From the NCBI GenBank assembly GCA_028023455.1, contig JAQFVV010000001.1:3906001-3970000 (forward strand): a stretch of 64,000 nt of DNA, given 5' to 3'. The notes below the pieces were generated by a model, which searched no databases, was not told where the DNA came from, and worked only from the letters and a program-made list of their open reading frames with translations. The position numbers were made by a program, and so were the translations under genes. Positions 54,456 to 64,000 of this stretch are shown piece after piece (within the stretch, counting starts at the first letter, position 1; every line of letters begins with the position of its first letter). Source of the stretch: Epiperipatus broadwayi (taxonomy: Eukaryota; Animalia; Onychophora).

Positions 54456-55456
54456 ATATTAATAGATATAAAATGCATCAAAAATAATTTTTAAAATGTA
54501 TATTATGTTCATTTATTTTTTTATACATACTTCATTTTAATTGAATGAATCAATGATTCAAGAAGTGATTCATCTTATTTAAATTTATTATTTCCAATGT
54601 TGTTATCTCCAAGTGTTTTCCTATTCTCAACTTATCTATTGCAAATTGGCTTTCTCAATATTGTACTCCTAAAATACTACTCATATTTAAAATCTAGACT
54701 TTACAAATAATTCCTAATTGTAACATTCATTTGTCTTTAATGGTTCATACACACCCTTTCCACATCCCTTTCCCTTTTCATATGTATCCTTCCCCTTTCA
54801 CCATGTTGCCCCTGAATTTCATTTTTACCATTCATTGTAAATTTTTAATTTAACTGTATTTGTACCTCTTTTTTTTTTTTTTATGAATAAACTTTCATCA
54901 CTGGAAGAAACAAATATCAACCTTATCTGATGCAGTAATTTCAAAATGGTGACCATAAAACGTTACTTTAAAAAAATCTCAACAAATATACTTATTGTAT
55001 AATATATTTAAACTTAAGTTATTTTTGATGGTTTGTTCAGTGTTATTTTGTAATAATCTATGTTAATTTAATATTTGTATTCAACTCAGTATATATGATT
55101 AGTAAAAATTTTATTCATCAATTACTTTTTTTTTTCAATTTTAAGTATTTTTTAATATTGTATTTTTAACATGTATTATATATATTTTGAGTCTGAAGTA
55201 ATAAACTAAATAATTTATCATCATCAAATCAGAAACAGACCCATAAGTGAATATGGTCATTTCCACTCCAATTATAATAGCACACCAGAAATGAGTTTTG
55301 CAATGACTATACAACTCAATTTCTGAAACACAAATAGATCTGTATATAGAACATGCTAGACCATTAATCTGTTTATTTGATATTTAACAATAATTTTTTT
55401 TAATTTCTAAAAAAAAATTTGTTTCTGTAATACTTTAGTATTATTTAATTAGAGAG

Positions 55457-55907
55457 AATTTGAATCCAGCACTCTATCTTATACAATCAATAAATATCAC
55501 ATACATATGAAAAAAATAAGTAATCTCCAATATATGTATTTTATGCTGAAACAGCACTCATCAGTTAATCCAAATCATCTCCCATGCATATGTATAATCA
55601 GTGTAGGCTTTACATTAAGATAGCAAATTATCAAACTTTAATGGACAGGCTTCAATCTTCTCTACTCTCCACCTCTTTAGCCATCCATATCTTTAAAAAT
55701 CTGATATGTTCAAAGTCTCTTGTTTTCCAACTTTGTTGTCATACCCATGGTGACTGTAAGTCATTTTGACCCTTCATGAGTGCTGGTTCAGCATGAAATA
55801 TGTACACTGGAGATCATTTATCTTTTTCATATGCATGTGGACATGTATATTTGTTGGATAAGATAGAGTGGATGACTAAAAGGAAATTATAATCTGGGTT
55901 TAAATCC
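55457..55907. mobile_element. Older family A hammerhead foldback
   Basis: Minus arm CUGAUGA-GUGCUG(UUU)CAGCAU-AAAA (G12A) at ~55526-55568. Plus arm ...CAUGA-GUGCUG(GUU)CAGCAU-GAAA-UAUGUA from ~55775, truncated in the core, ending GGGTTTAAATCC. Confidence 0.75.
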
Positions 55908-55990
55908 TATACTTGTATTTGAATGTTACAGATTGTCTGTATTCTGCCCATTTCTTGTTTGTGTGTTTAAATAATCATAAGGTCCTACAA

Positions 55991-56319
55991 ATGAGAGTCA
56001 GAATGACTTACAGTCAACATGGGTATTGGCAAACAAAGGCTTAGAATATGCAATCATCAGATTCCAATGATGTGGATGGCTGAAAAGTGGAGAAAATTGA
56101 TGCCTGTCTATCTTAATAGAAACTGAGCACTGATTATATATGTGTGTGTGGAAGGTGTTTGACTAACTGATGAGTGCTGGTTCAGCAAATCCATATATTG
56201 AAGATCATTTATCTTTTTCACAGGTATGTGGTCATGTATCAGTTGAATAAGATGGAGTTGATGACTAAAGAGAGATTGAAAGTCTGGGTTTAAATTCACT
56301 CTAATTACATCTAGCTTAA

Positions 56320-56362
<43 letters not shown>
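55991..56362 (+). mobile_element. Longer family A copy with (TA)n tail
   Basis: Matches the interior and arm of 19261-19732 and 55457-55907. CTGATGA-GTGCTG(GTT)CAGCA at 56167, with GAAA deleted. ~21 TA units at 56321-56362. Confidence 0.72.
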
Positions 56363-56367
<5 letters not shown>

Positions 56368-56699
56368 CTTAATTAACAGGCAGGCAGCAAAATCACAGAA
56401 TTGTGGTAAGGTTAACCTTTCAAAGTGCGAAATCTGATTACTGTATTTATAAATATTTAATTATATAATTACATATATTATACTTGTATTTAAATATTTA
56501 GTGTTGTTTATAATTGCAGTTTTTCAATAAATTCCAGTATTTTGTCATATCTTACCAATGAAAATAATTAATGTTGCTGTTGTTGTCTTTTAATAGTTTT
56601 ACGATTGCCCAATCTATTTCAAAAACTATGCTCAAGTTAACCATAAAATATTATTTTGGGAATTGTTGTATAGTTTATTCATTTTACATGTTCAATTCA

Positions 56700-57560
56700 A
56701 TGAAGGTGTGATTTACAATAATGGCTTCTATAATATCACACTGAACAACTTGAGGAACATACTGACTGATCTTGTCATCTTGCCATTGTACTGTTAAAAT
56801 TTTACTAAGTATTCTTAACTGAAAGTTTTTTTTAATGCCTTTATGTTATATCATGTCCAACTTTCAATTCCATACAATAAGTTGTAATAATTATTTTACT
56901 GTAATTTTTATTATTTAATTTGTTAAAATTAGAAGGAGTTGAATTAGTGCTACATCTCCTCTTTTTATTTACAAAGCTATTAATATTGTTTTACATTCTC
57001 AAGTTGCTATTGCATTCGAACTAAAAGTTGCTCAAGTATTTTCTTTTATAGTAGGTTGATAAAGAAGCTTTTTTGAAGATTTACTATTAAAGTAAATACT
57101 ATTTGATAAATACAAAACATTAAATATATTACGTAGACTATATTTTGAATTAGTAAAAATAGCACAATCATGAGTATACTATAAATCCACAATCCGATAA
57201 GCTGAAGTTCTTGTTTTTAATTGATTTAAATTTAAAATTTCCACTATGAAACCTGAATTACATCTTGATTTCTTATACATTTCGTAAACTGTTCCAAAAT
57301 CAATCATAAAAATCGTGGACAATGTTGGAGCAACTATATATTCTTGTTTAACACCAAATTTCATTTCAAAAATTCACATTTTCCATCTGCCGTAATAACA
57401 TTTCTTCTCATGCCATCACATAGAAGCTGTATAGATGGCTTTAATTTTAAATTATTACTAGACACTACTGAAATTGTTAAATTAGTGTTATTACCATCAT
57501 GTTTACAAAAATACCTTGGATGAATAACTTTTTTAAAAAAATAAAAAAGTGATGTAATAA
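56700..57560 (-). mobile_element. RTE (BovB-like) RT-domain remnant
   Basis: IQLLCDGMRRNVITADGKCEF / KFGVKQEYIVAPTLSTIF...ILNLNQLKTRT (cf. LHDGM...V...G..S..F.V..GVKQGCVLAPTLF...LFNL.RL.A.T). Confidence 0.72.
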
Positions 57561-58966
57561 TATTACTAATATCTGCAAACTTTTTAAAAATAAATAAATA
57601 AATATTCATTTAAATAATTGAAAGTTTCGAATTTATTTTCTTTCTAAAGTCAGATTTCATTTTGATTTTTTAGTAGATATTTCTAATCTTCTGTCATGTG
57701 ATTTAAAACAGAAGTACATTCTAAATTAACATGTTTAGAAATATCTTAGCTTGAGGAAATAAAAGTATTCTTAATTGTTAAAAAGTCTCGAGGAATCTGT
57801 CAGGTAATCTAGCATTTGATTGGTCAGATTTTCCAAACAAATAACAGAAACCTTGAAATAATTCTGCAACCTATTTTAAAATTTATTTAAACTATAGGTG
57901 ATAGGTAAATAGAAAAGGTTTGAAACAAACACAACAGACAAAAAATAATAAAAAATACTGATCAAAATTTTTGGAAAAAAAAAAAACACTATGAGTTTAC
58001 ACAGATATGTATACATTCACGCACATAAAAAAATAAAGTTGAAAATGTTTAAATTCACTTTTAATTATATAAGTTTATTATTTGATGATGTAACTATTAT
58101 TTCTAACGCTATGTTGCTGTAAAGTTGATATGCTAATGACATTGTCTCAAAGAAAATGTTTTCAATGATTCTAAATCAGCACTATCTATAATTAACGATT
58201 CAAAATTTGCTTTAAAACAAAGAAAGGTGTTAATTATTATTATTTTATGTCTGTTCTTTTCTTCTCTCTTTAGATCATCACTATCAACCATTTGTGAATA
58301 CAATATAGATAGTCTAATTTTAGAAGAAGAAAAGAGGACAAGGCAAAGAATTAAAAGTTAAAAGCATGTCCATATTTTTCGCCTTTATGTCGCTTCGTAT
58401 TCCACAAAGACACAATTAATTTAAAAAAAAACACTCATAAACAATATAAAAAAATTAAAACCATTCAATGCCTTAGTAACTATTCACACTCTCAGAACAA
58501 TATAGCTTGCCCACTGTGCTGTAATCTTTGACAACAAAAAATACAATGTACTAAAAAAAAAACCAAAGATTAGCTTAATATATATCTATATGCTCAAAAA
58601 TACATATCCATATATGTCACCCACAAAAATATGGCAACGCAATATATTCCTGAGCTGCTCATTAATGCAATAACAGAAATCATCTCTTTAGAACACACTG
58701 TATTCTAAAACCAACCAAAGCAAGGTATAAAAAAAAAAAAGAAAAAAAATGTAAAAAAAACTGTTAATGTAAATATAATAATTCTTGTAAATAATTTGTT
58801 ACTAATAAAGTCCACTTATATAAAAAAAAAAAAAAAAGCATCAATACACTTTGATCTTTTAGTTTATTTATTTGCCATTTCATGGTGTTGTCTTTTCATT
58901 TCAGCACCAAATTTTTATTTTTAAAGATATCAATGTTTTTGCCATAGTTTAGTTTTCTATTATATT

Positions 58967-59455
58967 TAGGGTGTCCATATTTCCACAGGGCCTAACCAGA
59001 CCACATGATTCAAAAAGAAAACTTCATTAGAGATTACTGTATATTTCAGTACGAAATTTAAAAAATCACAAAATATATAATCACATTTACATTACTAACA
59101 ATATATTCATTTTGTAATATAAAAAAAAGCAAAAGATTGTATACATATATTATCTACCAAAATAAAATCACTTATTACTAACATGTGAAAATAATGGGGA
59201 GCTATTTCCATTTTGGAAAAATTATTGATTAACCAATCTAAAAATTAATTATTAAAATATTAAAGTATAAATATTAATTTAAAATAAATATATAAATTAA
59301 TTATGCAATCAAAATTTAAAAAGTTAAAGTACAAACAAAAATGAATGGTCAAGAAAACTGAGACAATTAACAGTCCCAAAAGAATATGCCGGGACATCAG
59401 GGCAAGAGAGAAAACCAAGACAAATACAGCAAAGCTGGGACATATGAACATCCTC
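58967..59455. mobile_element. hAT (Tip100-like) MITE, 489 bp
   Basis: Degenerate TIRs TAGGGTGTCCATATTTCC / GGGACATATGAACATCCTC. Perfect 8-bp TSD attatatt at 58959-58966 and 59456-59463. Confidence 0.72.
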
Positions 59456-60079
59456 ATTATATTAGACTAGTCATATCTATTCAGTGAAAAATTGTTATAC
59501 TTCTTTAATAAGTGTCTTTGAAATAATATTTATAACAAAGAGGATCTTTTTTTTTTAAGCAAATCTATTATTATTTTTCCACTTCATATGCTCAATTTAA
59601 AATGTGCTATTAGAGTAATAAATTTCTTTTAATCAGAATCACCAATCTGAACAACACATTGATTAATGTGATATTGTCACATTTTAGAATATTCTAGCAT
59701 GAAAGAGACATTGACTTGTTTTCTTACAATAAATGCAGCAAAACAACAGTATTGTCAACAAACATGATAGTTATGTAACTAATGTATTATTTTTTAAATT
59801 ATTAAATGAAGCATAACCATACTGAAGTCTGTTGGACTTCAACACCTAAGTTCATCTTTCTATTTAAAATCCTCAAAATATTTAAATTAATTGACATTCT
59901 TAAGCTGACAATCATCCAAGTTAAAAGTACATGCAGATTTTTGTTTTTTTCATTATCTGAATTTCTTCTTTTAACATAATTTTTTAGTATGTTAATCATT
60001 CAAAACATTTATTCTGAATTTAAAATATAGCACAATCTAAGTTCACCTTTCTATCTTAAAAACTATCAAGATATTTAAA

Positions 60080-60395
60080 ATAATTTACAAAATACATGGG
60101 TAAGAGAAAAACAAATGTTATTGATATCATTGAAAAAATTACAAAATTGGAGTTGGGATGTTCATATTTCTAGAAGAGATGATAATAGGTGGGCAATTTA
60201 AATATTAAACTGGATTTCAAAAGATTGTAAAAGATTTAGAAAGAGATCACTTGTGAGGTGAAAAGATATAAAATAAATAAGTGTGTGTAGTGATATGGAG
60301 AAGAAAGACTAGAAATTGGAGATGGATTGAACTTGAAGAAACTATCATTTTGCAGTGGATTGATAATGGTTGAAAATTATGATGCTGATGCTTAA
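60080..60395 (+). mobile_element. RTE LINE 3' end
   Basis: HISRRDDNRWAI*ILNWISKDCKRFRKRSLVR* (cf. GHI.RR.DNRW...W.P...R.RGRP..RW), then cagtggattgat and a tgatgctgatg tail. Confidence 0.7.
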
Positions 60396-60408
60396 TTAAA
60401 CATCTTCA

Positions 60409-60970
60409 TGGACTGGTATTATAATAAAGAATTAAAATAAGGAGATTACATCCATGTAAACAGAGATAACTTTTAGCTTCTAATATTACTAAGAAACTAT
60501 TAGTTATTACTAATTGACAAGCACTGAGACTAAACAAGCTTTCTTATTGGAGTTTTTTGTAAAAATAAAAGGAAACTTTTTTACTTCAAACTCAAGTTCT
60601 GATATGGATTTAAACCCAGAAAGCTATTTTATGGGTGTGATAATGTAAAAGAAAAATATTTTTCTTGACATCTTACAAATAATATTTTTAACTTCTCCAG
60701 AGAGTTGTATATATTGAATTAAATATGGATTGTTATTATAATAAAGAATAAAAATGATAAGATTATATCCATGTAAACAAGCATAACTGTTGGCTTTTAT
60801 TGCTGCTGAAAAACTACCAAGTACTATTAATTTACAATCCTTGAGGCTAAACAGGAGTTATTTTAAGTAAAAAAAAAAGTTGTTTTTTTTTTACTTCAAA
60901 CACAAATTCTTATATGGATTTAAACCCAGAAAGCTATTTTTATAGGTGTGAGAATGTAATAAAAACAAGT
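60409..60970. repeat. Two diverged tandem copies (~317-bp period) of a SINE-like repeat
   Basis: Shared blocks tattataataaagaa, tccatgtaaaca and tatggatttaaacccagaaagctatttt, which has a B-box-like GGGTTTAAATCC on the minus strand. Confidence 0.55.
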
Positions 60971-63180
60971 ATCTAAATTTTTATATTATTATTTTTAAAA
61001 TGATCAGAGTGTTTTCTGCTTCTATATAAAAATTATCCATTTATTTTATACAATTATATTGATGTTTTGAACTCTATATTATAGTGAGATTATTATGGCA
61101 ACTTTCATTTATTAAATGACCATATGCTGATGTATTTAATGTAATGGTATCTGACTTGGGTAACTCTGTACCTCATGTATATGATAATGTAACTCATTCC
61201 ATATTTATTCCCTAAAAATGATATAAATAAATGATGACTGGTGCTTATGCGATTCATCAATTAATATGTCACTCTTTAAGTCTTTTAATATTAATCAGAA
61301 GTTGGTACATTACCACTCAAAAATTTACTAAATGTACCTGTATAAAACATATAATCTTAACTCTAGCTAAGCTTAACAATATCATATAGTTGATTTTAAG
61401 TTTATTGATGATAATTGAATATTCTGCACTATTTCAACTTACTTATCATAGAAACTTTTCAAAATACATTTTCAAATACAATATCAAAACATAAAAATTC
61501 TGAAATGAGGAATATCATTTGTAAATGATAGCTTTAATTTTGAAATAATTCCAGCAAAAACTTTAATAATGAACACTATCTACAGATGAAGACTTATCCT
61601 ATAGACATGAACTCACACTAATCCATATTTCTATTATTTTTCCTCCATTATTGCTTTAAGTGGTAGATCATAGAAAATACAAACACTGAGAATGATGGAT
61701 GCATACACTAATAAACTTTGCTCAATTAACTATGTGAGAGGGGGGTCTCTAAATGTAAGAATATGAACATAATGAGATTAAAGTTTAGTTAAAAAATCAA
61801 CAACATACTAATTTATGTAAATAGATATAGAAAATTGATACAAATTTACCATGAATAAAGATATACATATTATAGAGTTTGAATGATATATTTATCAAAG
61901 AGATTAAAACTAATTTACTCTTAATTAACTCCATTATACCAACCACCAATATCTGTGCAATTACTATCCACCAGATAACAGTCATAGTAATATCTGACAA
62001 ATGGGATGAATTCACCCTCATTACAATTTATATATTCAATATAAAAAAAAAAACATATTTCTTCCTTCTATGCAAACTTGGTGATTTATCCTCACAGGAA
62101 ATAAATATACCCCTTGCACAATTTCATTACAAAGAGGAACTAAAATAATGATAATAAACCCCATATTATATGTACAACGTCCTAAAATAAACTTAAAAAA
62201 TTACATATAATTCTTATAAGTTTAATATAGTTAATATTTTTATACTGTTATTTTAAACTGAAAAACTTAAATTTCTTACAGATATTTGAATTTTCAGTGT
62301 ATATATTATGACATACCTTACATATAAGTTAAGATTAAAGTAGTTTCACAACCCTTTAACCAGTAGGCTTCTTTTATTCACTCTAAAGGATCACTATTGG
62401 TTTCCAATTCAGTTGATTTTTATAACAATCATTTTGCAGGCTGTTTTTGGGCTTTATTGATTGGTGTCAATCTTGATTACTACAGAATAAAAACATCTAC
62501 AAAGTAAAGCAAATCATTTATAAGTCATGTCATCATATTTCTTGACATGATAAGTAACAAACAATATTTGCAGTCTTCACATTATGTTTAGCAGGTTATT
62601 CTTCCTCTCCTAGGCCTTATACTTCTGGAAGACAGATTTTATAGTCCTCAGTTAGTCATCTTAAGAAAGCTTTAAACTTAACATAACTTATCTAATGGGA
62701 TGTACTGTTAAGTTTTTTTCCTCATTGGCATCTGGCTTTTTTACTTTTTTAGAAGTAATGTTTTACTACTAGAAACAGACAATAACCATTGCTCATTTTT
62801 CTTTGGTCTCTAGATAACTTCAGATTGAATGCTGTATTCTGATGGCAAATCTGTTATTTCTAATCTGATAGCTGATGACTAAAAAACTAATGACTAATCT
62901 GATCAAATATCTTTTTTAAACAGCCTTTTATAATTTTCTATAATGCCACCCAATTGCATCTAAATAAAAAAAAAATGTTTTCCATAACTTAAAAGCTAAT
63001 TTGTCCCATCTGTGCAAGCTGTTTTTCAAATATATCTCTAATCTTTTCACATTGCTTTTTAAAATTGTATAACTTATATGTCTATGAATAATAGGTTGTT
63101 TTTCCAATGATATTTTATAATAACGTTGTGACTTTTTACAACTTTGTTGAAACTGATTTGATTATAAATTATAATTTTTT

Positions 63181-63385
63181 TGTCAATTAAATTCTTTCAT
63201 AGATATACATTCAGCAATTACATTTTCTAACTGAACAAACTTACTTTTACAAGTTAAAGCTATATGTATTTGTGAGGATCAATTGTCAATTAAATTCTTT
63301 CATAGATAAACATTCAGCAATTACATTTTCTAACTGAACAAACTTACTTTTCAAGTTAAAGCTATATGTATTTGTGAGGGTCAAT
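63181..63385. repeat. Near-perfect 103-bp tandem duplication
   Basis: tgtcaattaaattctttcatagata...gtatttgtgagg.tcaat starts at 63181 and again at 63284. Confidence 0.9.
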
Positions 63386-64000
63386 TCTTTATTCACCCCA
63401 TTATCCATGGCAAGGAAGGCGAAAATTTGAATTAAGTAGCCTTTATGATATACATTATAAAGTTGCTATAATTTAAACCGTTTATATAAATATCAAATAT
63501 ATATAAAAAATATTTAATATCCAGTTTTGAACAATTCCAAAAGATTCTTACATATGTTACTTTTGATATAGCCAAAGTGCTCTAAGTGCTAAAATAAGCA
63601 AGCAATAGAAAATATTCATTGTTTAAAAAAAACTGTCTAATTTATATCTCTTAAAGTTTAGTTTCAGATCATGACAGCATTGTGACCCAATTTAATATAT
63701 CAAAAATGTAAGCATAATCAGAGAATTCTCTTCTGTAGTTTCAATACATGAATCATTCATGCCATTTCTTATCAATCATTGATCTTCTGACTTTGAATCT
63801 CCATATTGTCTTATATATTTTACATTAAGTGTATAATTCTGCTAAACAGTATATACCCATGCTTACGTTTACTCAAATCACTTAATAATTTATGTCAGTG
63901 AACAATCATAATTATTTTTTTCTAGTTAATCCAAGAACAGTCTTACTCATATCCACAACACAGTCCCGGAAATTATGATAATCAAATTACATCTTATTTA

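Noticed and set aside
19189-56299. ORFs at 19189, 19481, 28322, 55584 and 56108
   Set aside because: They run through hammerhead foldback elements and are not conserved between copies.
58230-58690. Candidate membrane-protein exons on the minus strand (MISVIALMSSSGIYCVAIFLW / ITAQWASYIVLR)
   Set aside because: Phases and boundaries are ambiguous and hydrophobic frames arise easily in T-rich DNA.

Overview
Very AT-rich (about three quarters A+T by eye), repeat-dominated eukaryotic DNA. It is probably from an invertebrate animal, inferred from the mix of RTE LINEs, a Buster hAT and Penelope-like remnants. I found no host gene, rRNA, true tRNA or CRISPR array that I can support. Main contents: (1) a 13.6-kb LTR-type element (3073-16645) with ~3-kb TG...CA LTRs, a 4-bp TSD (TATG), no recognisable pol and a disrupted E/K-rich ORF; (2) at least seven decayed RTE-clade LINE fragments; (3) an internally deleted hAT-Buster element and a Tip100-like MITE, both with perfect 8-bp TSDs; (4) nine short foldback insertions from several unrelated sequence families. 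Where the sense strand can be assigned (eight of nine), the arms point outward with 3' ends at both flanks. Four foldbacks have 8-13-bp TSDs, and most carry minimal type I hammerhead ribozymes with palindromic stem III. One keeps the C-terminus of a Penelope-like (PLE) GIY-YIG ORF. The youngest (14866-15142, inside the right LTR) ends in a near-perfect 131-bp palindrome with an intact hammerhead on each strand. All alignments and folds were done by eye, and LINE boundaries are approximate.
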